In this document: positions 28,177 to 42,109 of the stretch, in pieces | How the letters are laid out: each line of letters opens with the position of its first letter | How positions within the stretch are numbered: the stretch's first letter is position 1 | Source: Octopus vulgaris | Taxonomy: Eukaryota | Assembly (NCBI GenBank): GCA_951406725.2 | Contig: OX597818.1 | Location: 20,646,001 to 20,710,000, forward strand | DNA length: 64,000 nt | Reading direction: 5' to 3' | The notes under the pieces: generated by a model | Seen by the model: only the letters and a program-made list of their open reading frames with translations | Told to the model about the DNA's origin: nothing | Databases searched by the model: none | Made by a program: the position numbers and the translations under genes

Positions 28177-28629
28177 CAGTCATACATACATACATAGACA
28201 GTGATAGATATACATACACATGCACACACACAATCATATACACACAAGCAAATATACACATACACAGAGGGAGATATACGAAGTGAGTGTGTGTGTGTGT
28301 ACAATCTACGTATGTATGTAATTCGCTATTAATTTAATCTGTCTATTTTAGTCGGTAAATCTTCTAATCAATCAATCCGTATTAATATAATAATCAAACC
28401 ACCCTATTTATACCCTGGTAATGCGCACAATAACAGACAGACTCGTGCACACAATATTCGCATATATATGCATATATGCACATACGCATATATGCACATA
28501 TGCGTCTATGTAGATACGCATAAAGGCACTTATGCATCTACGTGTATACACATACGCACACATATAACACGCATTTCCTGGCGAATAATGTACACATCCA
28601 CATTCGTTTACGTAGACGTAGTATATATA

Positions 28630-28677
<48 letters not shown>

Positions 28678-28788
28678 TGTGAATGTGAATGTATGTAAGT
28701 GTATACTTATGTAAATGAACGTGATACATACGCACCCATATTCTATCTCATGCATTCAGACATAAGTATCTACTAGATTTATTTATAC

Positions 28789-28867
<79 letters not shown>

Positions 28868-28944
28868 CAAATTAAGACTTACACCATATTACTACGAGTT
28901 TCGCGTTATCACATTTCGATAAGACTGGCGGCATAGTATTTAAC

Positions 28945-29579
28945 TTACTACCTCCGCCAAGGAAGGAGTTTACGTTTTCATCGGCGTTGGTTTGTCCGTC
29001 TGTCCGACTGTGTGCAAAATAACTCAAAAAGTTGTGAACGGTATTTGATGAAACTTGCAGGAAACGTTGGTGATGACACAAGGAACAGACGATGAAATTT
29101 TGGTAGTGATCCGGGAATCTTTATGGATTCTTGAAGGATTATTCATTTGTTATATTTACTTTACATGAAGTATTACAGTTACATTCTTTGATCATCTCCC
29201 TTGAGAACACGTTCATCGTTTCAACGTAACTTATGGTGGCGTTGCTGTTTCCAAAGCTTATTTTCGTTTCTCTATTAGTAATCTTACTCGCGTTGTGTGT
29301 GTATCACTTAAGTTTTAGTTAATTGTTTTTTCATTTTAGTTGTATGGTGAAACTAGCTTACTGTTATTATTGATGTATTGTAACTGCTTCAGATGATTCC
29401 TGTTTTTAAAGGTTTTTTTAAAAAATCATATGGCTGTGTTGTGTTTTTTTGACCCCGCCAAGGAGCTTATGATTTTGCCAGCGTTGGTTTGGGAAATAGG
29501 ACGATTTTCAGCATGTGTGTATATGGGTAGAAATGAGCTGCTTTGCGGAGGTTTGCTCTCTCCGAGTGCTTTTCTAGTT
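28945..29579 (+). mobile_element. Non-autonomous Helentron/HINE (DINE-1-like) element
   Basis: Subterminal IR cctccgccaa (28951) / tttgcggagg (29542), gtccgtctgtcc microsatellite near the 5' end, 3' hairpin gctctctccgagtgc and terminal ctagtt. Confidence 0.7.
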
Positions 29580-29604
29580 CACTCTACGTTGATATTTGGC
29601 GTAC

Positions 29605-29812
29605 CCAAGCAGAATTGTTAGCACGCCGGGCAAAATTCTAAGCGGCATTTCGTCTGTCTTTACGTTCTGAGTTCGAATTCCGCCTAGGTTGACTTTGACT
29701 TCCATCCTTTCGGTATCAATGAAATAAATGCCAGTTGAACACTGGGGCCGAGGTAATCATCTTAGCCCCCATCCCTACATCGTTGGCCTTGTGTCAAAAT
29801 TCGAAACCAATA
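29605..29812 (+). mobile_element. SINE family A
   Basis: gcagaattgttagcacgccgggcaaaat...gagttcgaattccgcc...ggccttgtgtcaaaattcgaaaccaa. Confidence 0.8.
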
Positions 29813-29924
29813 TTTGGTGTATTCGTTTTACTACCAACTCCTATATTGTGAGTTCCAGTTCGTTTCAAGCATTTTGCTGTGTTATTATGTTTGTTCTCTA
29901 CACTCAGTATAGATACATACGTGG

Positions 29925-30120
29925 CTCGTATCAACGAGAGAAACCCTCCTCGGTCGCTTGACCTAGAAATAGCAGTCAAATCTACCTTAAATCCAACTTT
30001 ACTATCTTGTATAAAGAGAGGTTACATTAAATAATGTAATCTTAAAAAGTCAGATTAGAATCCCTTCGATTATAGGTTTTCGAGATCAGGGGCGACCTGC
30101 TGTTAAACCATAATAACAAT
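29925..30120 (+). mobile_element. Old SINE-like repeat family E (3' part)
   Basis: ctagaaatagcagtcaaatct...gatcaggggcgacctg...aaac followed by a (AAC)-like tail; related segments at 686-716, 20755-20905, 24320-24398 and 53350-53530. Confidence 0.5.
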
Positions 30121-31292
30121 GACATAAGTGAAAGTGACGGAAATATCTGGCTAAAACCCAAGAATATGCTGCTTCCGTTGAAACTATAATCAAGCCGCTA
30201 TTATGTTACATAACTTCGAGACATTTTGGCATAGCTTAGCACCGCTTATTTGACGTTGCTGAATCGACGTTGACTTATTTGACATCCGACATTTTTATGT
30301 TTCTCTCGTTTCTCTCTCTCTCCCTTTCTGTCTCTCTCTTTCCTTCCCTCTCGCTCACTTTGTATGTGTGTCTTTCTGCGTGCGCGTGTGTGTGCGTTTG
30401 CCTCCAATGCTAAAATAGGTACAATGTCCAATCAGCTGAACCGAAACGCCATAGTCCAAACAGGCATGCTCATTCGTCTCATGACTGTGTTACATTCTTT
30501 TAGTAATTAGAAATATAGACATACTAAGTGCTTTGCAGAATATGTTATCAGTACTGGTTCTATTTCGTTGTTATATGACAAAATGAGTAGAACTTCGGAC
30601 AAGATATCACGTGGTATTTAGTTACATCCGTTTGAGCAGTGAATACAAATCATGCTGTGTACGAATTTGTCTTTCGTCTTTCAATAAAATAAATACCAAT
30701 TAAGTATCGGAGTCGATACAAACAACTATGTCCTTCTAAAATTTGTAACCCTGTTCCTACGTATGTAAGAAATATTTTATTACTTGCTTTCGAATACGAA
30801 AGGGAAGCAGAACTTTTAAGTATTATATTAAAAACAAAAACATCGTTGGCGTTATAGCAGTATATTATATCATAGACATTTAGCAAGAATAATTTGTATA
30901 CAACCTGAGATCTTTTATCTTTTACTTGCGCTAGATTGCAGGTTCATTGGGGGTAGCGGCTTGAAAGGATTAGTCGAGCAAATCTATCAACTAATCCTAG
31001 AGATAGAGAATCGTTAACTTCAGGAGACATAAACAAGCCAATATCGGCTGTCGTGCGGTGGAAAAGGACAAGCACAACGAGACACACACACACACACACG
31101 ACATTGGTCGGCCCGGGGCTATAACGAGAAACTAGTTGCCCAAGGTACCGGACAACAGGCTTTTGGTGTTGGATGTTTAGTAAAAAATAAAGTGGTTCTA
31201 AATCGAGCTTCTTACCCATATAACCTACTCCTGCGCTTATACAAAACGATGAAAAATATGAAACAGAATCATCGGAGGCTTATTAAGTAAGA

Positions 31293-31395
31293 AGCAGACG
31301 ACATTCACCGTAGCAGACGACATTCACCGTAGCAGACGACATTCACCATAGCAGACGACATTCACCATAGTAGACGACATTCATCATAGCAGACG
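31293..31395 (+). repeat. 19-bp minisatellite agcagacgacattcaccrt, about 5.4 copies
   Basis: Head-to-tail copies without spacers. Confidence 0.95.
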
Positions 31396-31819
31396 TAGAT
31401 GTCTGGCGTCATCATGAGATATTGATAAAGGTCACTAGCACATACGCCATTGAAAATAGCTGTAAGAACAGGCATGGGTTTTATTTTTTAATTAACTGGG
31501 TGTTATTCACAGAAAATTATTTAAATTATTTTTTAAAAAATGGGTGGGCACAACGCATTAATAAATTTATCAGCATATCTCTCCAATACATCACTAAATG
31601 TTTGCAAAACAAATATTTGATACATTTCCGACATAACTTTGCGTGGGTATAAAGGCACAAGCACGGTTGCGTCATTATGGAATTTGCCTCACAACATCCG
31701 TCATTTCGGGTTCGATTTCAATGCACGGCTACTTAGGAAAGCATCTCCCAATATAATCTCTGGTTAGTCAATACCCAGTTAGAATACTGGACGCAGAATC
31801 TACGCAGAAACTAGACTTG

Positions 31820-31903
<84 letters not shown>

Positions 31904-32367
31904 GTGTGTGTGTGTAAATGTGTAAGCCTACATGTACACACTCACACTGAAGTTATAGATGTGTACATGAACAAAATTAGATTTCTCGATGCATACAGTA
32001 GAATAAATATTTTTATAAAACGATATAGTCCGTGTCCGTTATTAATACTAATACATTGTAATCTCTTCTCAACTAATCTTTTGACGACAAAGTACACCAA
32101 ATTCTACAGTACACGAGACATAAATGGGTTGTTATTGAGTAAGGTTTTATTCTGGCATCTTTAGTAAAAAAATATCGTAAGCAACGTAACTTGTTATTTT
32201 GTCTCCGTAATTAGAAATAATTTTTAAAATATGTAGAAACTGACTTTAAAAATATATAACTAAACAAGTAGAAGGGGAGATTTTTAAAAACTGTTACATG
32301 GAAATAAATGCGTGACTACAGAGTATCAAAGAGGGAACTCATACAATGAATAATGAACTCAGTAGTA

Positions 32368-32806
32368 TTGGTTTCAAATTTTGGTGGAGGGCCAGCAATT
32401 TTGGAGGAAGGAGAGTTCGATCACCTTTACCTCAGTGTTCAACTGATAAACTGATACTTATATCATCGACTCTAAAAGAATGACAGGCAAAGTTGTCCTC
32501 GGCGGCATTTGAACTCAGAATGTAAAGTCGGAAAATACACCGCTAAGCATTTTTGCCGGCGCGTTAACTATTCTTATTTCTTTACTGCCCACAAGGGGCT
32601 ACACACAGAGGGAACAAACAAGGACAGACAAACGGATTAAATCGATTATATCGACCCCAGTGCGTAACTGGTACTTATTTAATCGACCCCGAAAGGATGA
32701 AAGGCAAAGTCGACCTTGGCGGAATTTGAACTCAGAACGTATCGACAGACAAAATACCGCTGAGCATTTCGCCCGGCGCGATAACGTTTCTGCCAGCTCG
32801 CCGCCT
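32368..32806 (-). mobile_element. Two tandem family A SINEs: young tail-bearing copy (32573-32806) abutting an older 5'-truncated copy
   Basis: Reverse complement of 2756-2986 followed directly by a second family A body. Confidence 0.85.
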
Positions 32807-33249
32807 TAGTAAGATCAGCAAAAAATCCAGTCGTTCTTGGTAAATAGTTGAGTATTGATTCATTCCATTTCAAGGTAATATGATACTTTTCAAGAGCTAC
32901 TTCTTAGAGTTGCGACATTTAAGGAATACTACTGATCTGATATTTAGATACCTTGCATATTTTTTATGGATTTGGGATACTTCTCAGCTATCTATAACCC
33001 GCAGCATTTTGTTCTTTTGCTATCTATATGATCAGCATTTCGTAAAACTTTCTCCATTAGGTTGCAATTAGTAACATGCTCTTATAAATGCCAGACGTAC
33101 TTGAATCATTTTGTTGTTTTCCACTTTTCTTTATTTCCGAAGAAAGAAGTATGGCTGAATTTATCTGCTTGCGTTACCTTTATAGTGTTTAACGGTGGTG
33201 ACTTCTTTATATATAATCGCTTCAGTGTCGTTTGACTGATTAGCATGCA

Positions 33250-33832
33250 ATCGGTCTCAGGTTACGTTATGTCACGTTTCGATGGCTCAGCTTTCACAAC
33301 CCAAGAGCAGGAAATAGCTACTGCATAAAACGGGACAATGAAGCCCTTAAACTCCCAAGAGTTAACCACAAGTAACGATTATGGTACTCTTTTGTAAAGA
33401 ACAATACACACATATTCAGTAGCTATAAAAATATTCATCGATATACGGTATCCCACTGCGTCATGATGATGCTAAACAATGAACAATGCCATCTGCAAAA
33501 GGAAGATTGGTCTGGAATAAATATAAACAGCAATTCTGCGATTGAATACATACATATCCAAACAGTGATTATTGGTGGAATGTTCCCGCCAAATCTACGA
33601 AGTACAAGCATAACGCGCCTGACATAGTTATTTGGGAAGGAAAGAAAGATCGTGCAGAGTCATAGACATTAACTTTCTTGCAATTATGAACAACTGTTCC
33701 AAAATAAAGGCGACACAAGGAGAATAGCTATGGACAACTGTTTCAGAATTTGTAACTCCTCTATCCTGATTATAAATTCATATCTATACCAATAATCATT
33801 GGTACGCTTAGTTATGTTTGTAAATGTCTAAA
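33250..33832 (+). mobile_element. Decayed RLE-type non-LTR retrotransposon (R4-like) C-terminal fragment
   Basis: Frameshifted peptides SRFDGSAFTTQEQEIAT, PLRHD, YWWNVPAKSTKYKHNAPDIVIWEGK and LLYPDYKFISIPIIIGTL correspond to the RHD and PD-(D/E)xK nuclease motifs. Confidence 0.7.
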
Positions 33833-33965
33833 TCACAACCCGATGAAGCTAGAATTTTCAAGCAAAGAAAGCGACAAGCTAATACGGTCCAAGATGCCAC
33901 GCAGTGGAAATGAACACAGAACCACGTGTTTCAAACTTTTTAACACACAGCCATGGTTTCGTGTG

Positions 33966-34005
<40 letters not shown>

Positions 34006-34394
34006 AACACATACACACACACATACATGCATACATACATTCATGCATGCATACATACATACCATGCATACACGTTCATGTAATTATATGGCTGGCGCGG
34101 GTGTATGCGTATCTGTATGTTTGTGCGGACGCGAGGAACAGTGCTTCTTTTCTTTTCTTGTTTTTATTCATCTGGATGAATTCTCATAAAACATTTTTGC
34201 AGCATCCATTACTGTTGATGGTATTATTATTGTTGTTGCCTCTGTTGTTATCATTTCTGCTGCTGCTCTCGCTGCTGACGGTAATGTCTCGTAATTTACA
34301 AAGTTGACACATTCGTCTGCGGCGATAAAAATTCTTGAAAATGCTCTGAGGATATTATTATTGTTGATGTTATTGTTGTGATTATTAATGTTAT

Positions 34395-34612
34395 GGCGGT
34401 GGGTTGGGGAATCGTTAGCACGTTGGACAAAATACTTGGCATCATTTCGTCCGTCTTCACGTTCTGAGTTCAAATTCCGTGGGGTTTGACTTTGCTGTTT
34501 ACCTTTTTGAGATCGATAAAATAAAGTACTAGTCGAGCTTTGGTGTCGATGTAATGGACTAGAACCCCTCCTCCAAAAGTTTCAGGATTTGTGCCTATAG
34601 TAGAAAGGATTA
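34395..34612 (+). mobile_element. SINE family A
   Basis: Colinear with family A. Confidence 0.8.
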
Positions 34613-34639
34613 TCGTTATTATTATTATTATTATTATTA

Positions 34640-35140
34640 TTGAGTGAGAGAGCAGAGCAGAGCATGCCATCAAAGTGACACTGGGGTACAAATACACGAA
34701 GTCCAATATACTCATCACGATTACCCATCTGATAAGGGTGCACCAGGCACATGCATCACAAAATATGCACGACATGGTGACCTCATATTAAGATTATCAG
34801 CGTATGACCTTGCCGGTGGGGCCCAGTTAGAATTTTCTTCAAGTCGTATAACCATTCCCACTCAAAAGATCCCTGAATAAGGGTTGTTTAAGGATGATGG
34901 GTGAAGCATCTATGTTCCCAGAGGTAAACCCCAAATAATCTCTCTCGAAATATGGCTATGATGTTTGCCCACTACTGCTCGTGATCAGAGATGCTTATAT
35001 TGTCAGTCACCAAGGGACATGCTCGACTGATTAAGGTCAAGTAACTGACAAGCAAATCTGTAGTATTGAGCTGAATATTTTCTGTAACCCATCTTTTACA
35101 CCAAAACAAAACATCTACATGATAAAAATTCCACTGCTTT
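34640..35140 (-). mobile_element. (TAA)n-associated interspersed repeat (retroelement 3' region)
   Basis: Reverse complement of 62148-62522; minus strand ends ctctctcactc(aat)n. Confidence 0.7.
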
Positions 35141-35394
35141 GGAAGGCACTGCTTTGTACTTATAATTATTATTAATACATTAGTACCCAAATTTTTTATT
35201 TGATTTATTATCAAAAATATATCTTATACGACCTTTATCTGATACTAAATATATAAAAAGAATTATTACAATATTTGAAAGACACTCCAGTCTTGATAAC
35301 TAATAAAAGATATCTCAGAAATACAGGTGTTGCAGAAACGTGGATTATCCTTCTGGTCCCCCCAAAAAGGACCATGGGCGCTAAAGGATTAAAG

Positions 35395-36110
35395 TGACGA
35401 GCTGGCACAACTGTTAGCGCTTTGGACAAAATACTTAGCGGTATTTTTTCTAGCTCTTTACATTCTGGGTTCAAATAATTTCGAGGTCAAATTTGCTATT
35501 CATTCTTTCGGTATCGATATAGCCTTGAACACCATCAAACACTGAAATCAATGTAATCGACTAGCTTCCTCCCCTAAAACTGTTGGTCTTGTGCCATTAT
35601 TAGAAAGAAATAGCATTATTAATATGATTATTAATCAGTAAGGTGGCGACCCGTCAGACTAGTTAGCACGCTGAGCAAAATGCTTAGTGGCATTTCGTCC
35701 ATCTTCACCATCTGATTTCAAATTCCGCCGAGGTCGACTTTGCCTTTCATCCTTTCGGGGTCGGTAAAATAAGTACCAGTTACGCACTGGGGTCGATATA
35801 ATCGACTTAATCCGTTTGTCTGTTTGTCTGTCCTTGTTTGTCCTCTCTGTGTTTAGCCCCTTGTGAATAGTAAAGAAATAGGTATTTCGTCTGCCGTTAC
35901 GTTCTGAGTTCAAATTCCGCCGGGGTTCGACTTTGTCCTTCATCCTTTCGGGGTCGGTAAAATAAGTACCAGTTACGCACTGGGGTTCGACTTTGTCTTT
36001 CATCCTTTCGGGGTCGGTAAAATAGGTACCAGTTGAGCACTGGGGTTGATGCAATCGACTTACTCCCTCCCGCCAAATTTCAGGCCTTACGCTTAAAGTA
36101 GAAAGGGTTA
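35395..36110 (+). mobile_element. Family A SINE cluster including a concatemer (35641-36110)
   Basis: Old copy at 35395-35610; tail-bearing copy at 35641-35880 fused to a 5'-truncated copy with an internal duplication of about 60 bp. Confidence 0.85.
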
Positions 36111-36230
36111 TTTTCATTAGCATAATTGTTTGTCACCCATATGGAACCTCTTTTTTTCATGCCTTTTGTGTGCTTATATTTTTGGGCCCTTTATACATAC
36201 TTACTGATACACACACTTACACACGCACGA

Positions 36231-36262
<32 letters not shown>

Positions 36263-36663
36263 GCTCACATATACACAGAATTATACACACGCAGAGAATA
36301 ATATACACGCGCGCGCACACACACACACGATTCTACATGAATCCCTAAAGCTTTCGCAATTCGTCCTTGTACTCTTCCCTTTATGGTCCCATTTGTGGGA
36401 GATAAAAACAATAATTATTTAAATATATGAAAAAGAAGACTTTGTGTTGTTGATGCTGATGTTTTTGTTGTTATCAACAATACATTCAGTAATAGTAGTT
36501 GTTGTTGTTGCTGCTGTTGTTTTTATTGTTGTTGTAGCCGCGGCAGTATCAGAGTGTTGTGCAATCTCATCGTCGAAAGTATGCCATTAGTACACTGGCA
36601 ACTGGAAGCAATTACGTGAATTGTTCGTTTCGTGTATTCTTTTTTTAAGTTTATATATATATA

Positions 36664-36789
<126 letters not shown>

Positions 36790-37234
36790 GAAGAGAGAGA
36801 GAGCGAAATAGAGAGAGATAAAGGGAGCTATGGAATTCTGGGCCCTTAAATCACATACGTCACTTCGTAGCTAATGTATATATATATATACCCTACTTCA
36901 TATATTGAGTTCTATTCCTGTTTATTATCAAACATATCTATACATACTCCCCTATATATGTATATGAGTGTTGATTTCTGGGTGTGAGCATATGCATAGG
37001 CATATACGTGAACACAGGTACACATATATCTCCCTATATATATATATATACGGAAATGGATATGTAATGAAAACTTCCTATGATCGCATGAAATTGCAAC
37101 ATTATCACTAACTTTTTAGTCATGATTAGCACAAGCGAACCCGGTCGACTATATATATGTGTGTGTATGCATGTGTGTATGTGTGCGTAAATACACACAC
37201 ACACACACACAAATACACACACACACACACAAAT

Positions 37235-37280
<46 letters not shown>

Positions 37281-37346
37281 TATCAAGCTTAAAATTTCTG
37301 TGCATTTTCTTTCTTAGTATATTTTTCACTACAATTTACCTTTTCA

Positions 37347-37437
<91 letters not shown>

Positions 37438-37723
37438 TATATAATACACACATGCACACACATACACACGCATACACTCCATACACACACACACACACAC
37501 ACAAAATTTTATGTGTAAAAGCATATAGCATGCCAACGTCATCCACTAAGTATAGCCATCGCCGTGTAAACGATAGTTCAGAAAGACATTACGCCCACCT
37601 ATTCTGCCTAATAAATAATAACAGCCACCATTCCTAATCTTAAACTAACAAACTCTTCCTACCTCCTGTTATATGACACTTTTAATGTGTTGCTGATCTT
37701 CATGATTTTCTCTATCAATCTGC

Positions 37724-37771
<48 letters not shown>

Positions 37772-37944
37772 CTCCCTCTCTTTCTCCTCTCTTCCTATCC
37801 GCAGATACACACTCACACACACCACATATATTCCTATATATAATGTTATATACACATGTACGTTCTACACATCCACACGTACACACACACACACACACAC
37901 ACACATATGTATGCATGTATATGTGTGTGTCTTTGTGTGTAAGT

Positions 37945-38003
<59 letters not shown>

Positions 38004-38369
38004 TGTGTGTGTGTGTGTGTGTGTGTACGTTTACATTATTAATACTTAGAAACTTCGAAAGGTATAAATAGAATATTTTTCCCGGTAGAACTCGAAGAAG
38101 ATAAAGTTAGACATAATAGCGTGCAGAATATTTCCTTGGATGAAAAAAAAACCAACAAACAAACAAAAAAAAACGAAAGTCATATGCTGGCCGGTGGGCA
38201 TGAACCCCCAACTTCAGCAGCAATGACTGATATGCTAAGCATTGTAGCAAAGCAACACTCCGACACCAGGGAGAATTGTAAGCCATTTTACATTATAAGA
38301 ATTCTGAAGCTTCGTGACATATGAAGTAAATTACTTTTAAAGATAAGATGCAAAGCGTATACAGTTATT

Positions 38370-38582
38370 GATTTCAATTTTTTGACACAATACCAGCAGT
38401 TGTGGGGATGGCGCAAGTAAGTCGATTACATCGACCCCATTGATCAACAGGTACTTATTTTATCGACCCCAAAAGATTGGAAGGCAAAGATGACCTCGCG
38501 GAATTTGAACTCAGAATGTAAGGTCGGACGAAATGCTGCTAAGCATTTTGCCGGGCGTGCTAACGATTCTACCACGTCGCTT
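38370..38582 (-). mobile_element. SINE family A
   Basis: Reverse complement of family A. Confidence 0.8.
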
Positions 38583-38677
38583 TAAATACAATTATAAATA
38601 TTAGCGTATAAAATATTGGATTAAAAAGCGCATTGGATGGAAAAAGGTCTAAAGCTGCCCATGGAACCCGAACCACG

Positions 38678-39050
38678 TAGGCATGACTGTGTGGTAAGAA
38701 GTTTGCCTCCCAACCACATGGTCCCGGGTTCGGTCCCACAGCGCGGAACCTTGGGCAAATGTCTTCTACTTTAGCCTTGGGTTGATCAAAGCCTTCTAAG
38801 TGGATTTGGTAGACGGAAACTTAAAAGAAGCCCATTCGCGTGTGTGTGTGTGTGTGTGCCCGCGCACAAGCATCTTTGTGTCTATGTTTGTTCCCCACCA
38901 CCGCGGTTCGGCAAAAGCGACCGATAGAATAAGTACCAGGCTTTAAAAAATAAGTATTGAGGTCGATTCATTTAACTAAAAATTCTTTAAGGTGGTGGCC
39001 CAGTATGGCTGCAGTCAGATGACTAAAACAATTAAAAGATAAAAAGAAAC
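38678..39050 (+). mobile_element. SINE family B
   Basis: Head, (TG)n and tail colinear with 63496-63911. Confidence 0.85.
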
Positions 39051-39217
39051 AAAAGACGAGATGGGTCTCACGGACAGTTTTTGACTTTTTCCAATGGTCT
39101 TTAATCCAATGGTCTTTTTTTAACCCAACATTCTAATCATTAATATCTATAGCTTTATCTATTTCAAGTGCCATCGTTAAAATAATTTATAACACACGCA
39201 CACACATATGCAGACAA

Positions 39218-39252
<35 letters not shown>

Positions 39253-39254
39253 CA

Positions 39255-39286
<32 letters not shown>

Positions 39287-39324
39287 CATATACATATTTG
39301 TATAAGCATATATATATATATATA

Positions 39325-39742
39325 TATCTTTACTCTTTTACTTGTTTCAGTCATTTGACTGCGGCCATGCTGGAGCACCGCCTTTAGTCGAGTAAATCGA
39401 CCCGGGACTTATTCTTTGTAAGCCCAGTACTTATTCTATCCGTCTCTTTTGCCGAACCGCTAAGTGACGGGGACATAAACACCAGCATCGGTTGTCAAGC
39501 AATGCTAGGGAGACAAACACAGACACACAAACACAGACACACAAACACATACACACACATACATATATATATATATATACATATATACGACAGGCTTCTT
39601 TCAGTTTCCGTCCTACCAAATCCACTCACGAGGCATTGGTCGGCCCGGGGCTATAGCAGAAGACACTTGCCCAAGATGCCACGCAGTGGGACCGAACCCG
39701 GAACCATGTGGTTGGTTAGCAAGCTACTTACCACACAGCCAC
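39325..39742 (-). mobile_element. SINE family B, young full-length copy
   Basis: Near-identical reverse complement of 63496-63911. Confidence 0.9.
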
Positions 39743-39810
39743 ATATATATATGTATATATATATGTATATATATATATATGTATATATATATGTACATGT
39801 ATATTACATG

Positions 39811-39918
<108 letters not shown>

Positions 39919-39920
39919 TA

Positions 39921-40077
39921 TAGTTCAAATTTACAGAAAACAAAAGACGAAGAAAAGTGTAGGAACAACAAGCAGGTGTATCAGTTTAACGCTCGGGAAA
40001 AAATGGAAAAGTCTTTTACGTTTCGAGCCTATGCTCTTCAACAGAAAGGATTAAGAGGGAAAAAACGGAGAGGGAAT
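39921..40077 (-). mobile_element. P2 element with hammerhead-like motif (40013-40048)
   Basis: Minus strand cttt-CTGTTGA-A-gagc(atag)gctc-GAAA-cg-TA-aaag; 3' end abuts (TA)n-rich sequence. Confidence 0.7.
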
Positions 40078-40153
<76 letters not shown>

Positions 40154-41066
40154 CATACATACATACATACATACATACATACATACATACATACATACAT
40201 ACATACATGTTGAATAGTTAAATATAAAGAACACGAGTGAAGTACTCAATGAAAGGTGCAGATTGTAATTATATTTATGTGGCAGTATGTCTTATCTTTC
40301 TGAAAAGCCGTTCTGTTACCATGTAGACTCGCGCGCGTACACAACACACACGTGCGCGCACGTACACCTGGAGTAACTAGAGTAACTAGAACAGGTCTGA
40401 CAAACCAACTGGTTGATTGACTTCTGAAACTATTAGTCAAACAATTGATTACTTACTTAGTTAATTATTTAACTGACTACTGCTAATAAAAGAATATGTG
40501 TATGTGTATGTGTGTATTTGTGTGAGTGTGTGTATATTTGTGTTTAGTTATGATAAAAGCCTTTTTTTATTAATCTGAGGGGTTTTAAGCAAGTTACACA
40601 CACACTCACACACACAAGCGTGCGTACGTACGCTCATACATACATACATACATACATACATACATACATACATACATACATACATACATACATACATACA
40701 TACATACAGGCTATCCATAAATTACCTTTACATAATGAAAAATTCAGGAAAAGAAAAAGAAAAATAAGAATAACTCAGCAGAGTTTATTGGAAAGCATAA
40801 GCAAACAAATGAAGCTTTATTATAAACATCAGAAGACTTTAATAATATTTATTTAACATGCAAGGAAGTTGATCGATGGATTTCAACTTTAGCGACACAA
40901 TAAAGTGTGGAATTTGCAAAGATAATTTATGAACACTGTATGTATTATGTAATACGTGCTTACATTCCAAATTAGGAGTTTGTGTGTAGTTACTCAACTT
41001 GCGAGAAATTGCTGCCACATCTCCCTTAAATCACAAGCAGTCACCTAAGAGAAACCTTTGTAAGTA

Positions 41067-41576
41067 CAGTAATGCCTCACTTTAGGCATTTAAAACACAA
41101 GATCCAGATTTTGAACGAAGTGGAAAGGTTTATACTACTATAAGAAATGCTTCTACGTGTTTCCGAGAAATTTAGAGAGAGCGGAAAAAAGTCTCTTCTA
41201 ACTCTTGATTTGTTTTTAAAAAGGAATCTACAAGTCCGTCTACGAGTGCTTGTGAATCGACGATCGCGTCTTCAAGTTTTGGTGTGCGCGAGTGTAGTGC
41301 GAGTGAAAGTGATTCAAAAAATTATTATAATGGTAATTTTTTTTATTTATAAATGATTTTGACATTCTTTTTACTTCCACATAAAATAGTTTTACCTTCT
41401 ACCGTTGTTTTATTGCCATTTATTTACGAATATTTTAATTTTTATAGGTAAAATATTTTTCTGGGAATTACGTTTTATAACATTGCTACTACGGGGAATT
41501 ATTGCTCTGCTTTACGAGTTTTCGCTTTACGAGCGGGCTCCGGGAACAAATTAACTCGTAAATCGAGGTATTACTG
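41067..41576 (+). mobile_element. Internally deleted Tigger/pogo DNA transposon
   Basis: TA-flanked TIRs cagtaatgcctcacttta / taaatcgaggtattactg; peptide QDPDFERSGKVYTTIRNASTCFREI*RERKK...TLDLFLK resembles a Tigger transposase C-terminus. Confidence 0.75.
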
Positions 41577-42109
41577 TACATAAAAAAAGAGTGAGATAAG
41601 GCGAAGAGAGAAAAGGAGAAGGAGGCAACAGAAAGGGAGAAAAGTTTAAGGCAGAGGGCGAGAGTGGCAGACATTCCCTTGAATCATTTACCAGGAATCT
41701 CGATTTTCAGGTTTGAAAGTCTGTTTTCAGACAGGTGGTGTGAGAGTTCGCCGTTCGCTGATGTTTTGATAGATGGCCGATGTTATATCCAGGTGTTTTA
41801 TAGAGAAACCTGTTATGGAGCAGTGAAGTGGTTTGACTATAGAGATGAATAACACCTATGAACTTGTGAGGATCGGTTGAACTAATAAAATGCAAGGGCG
41901 TCACAACATTTGGCGTTTGCATCATATTTAACATAATTTATCATGGTATGCTTCAGGCGTTTATTGGTGTTGTTGATGTTTTGTTGTTTTTTTTTTTTTT
42001 TGGTAGCGGTAGTGACGGTGGTGGTGATGGTGCTAGTAGTGATTTTGGTGGTTGTGGTAGCACTGATAGTGATGGTTTTGGTGGGTGGGATGATGTTGCT
42101 ATTATATGA

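Noticed and set aside
31293-31395. Regular short repeats resembling a CRISPR array
   Set aside because: No unique spacers, units are directly head-to-tail, eukaryotic context and no cas genes
38180-38262. tRNA-like sequence on the minus strand
   Set aside because: Only a degenerate B-box-like stretch; no cloverleaf can be built
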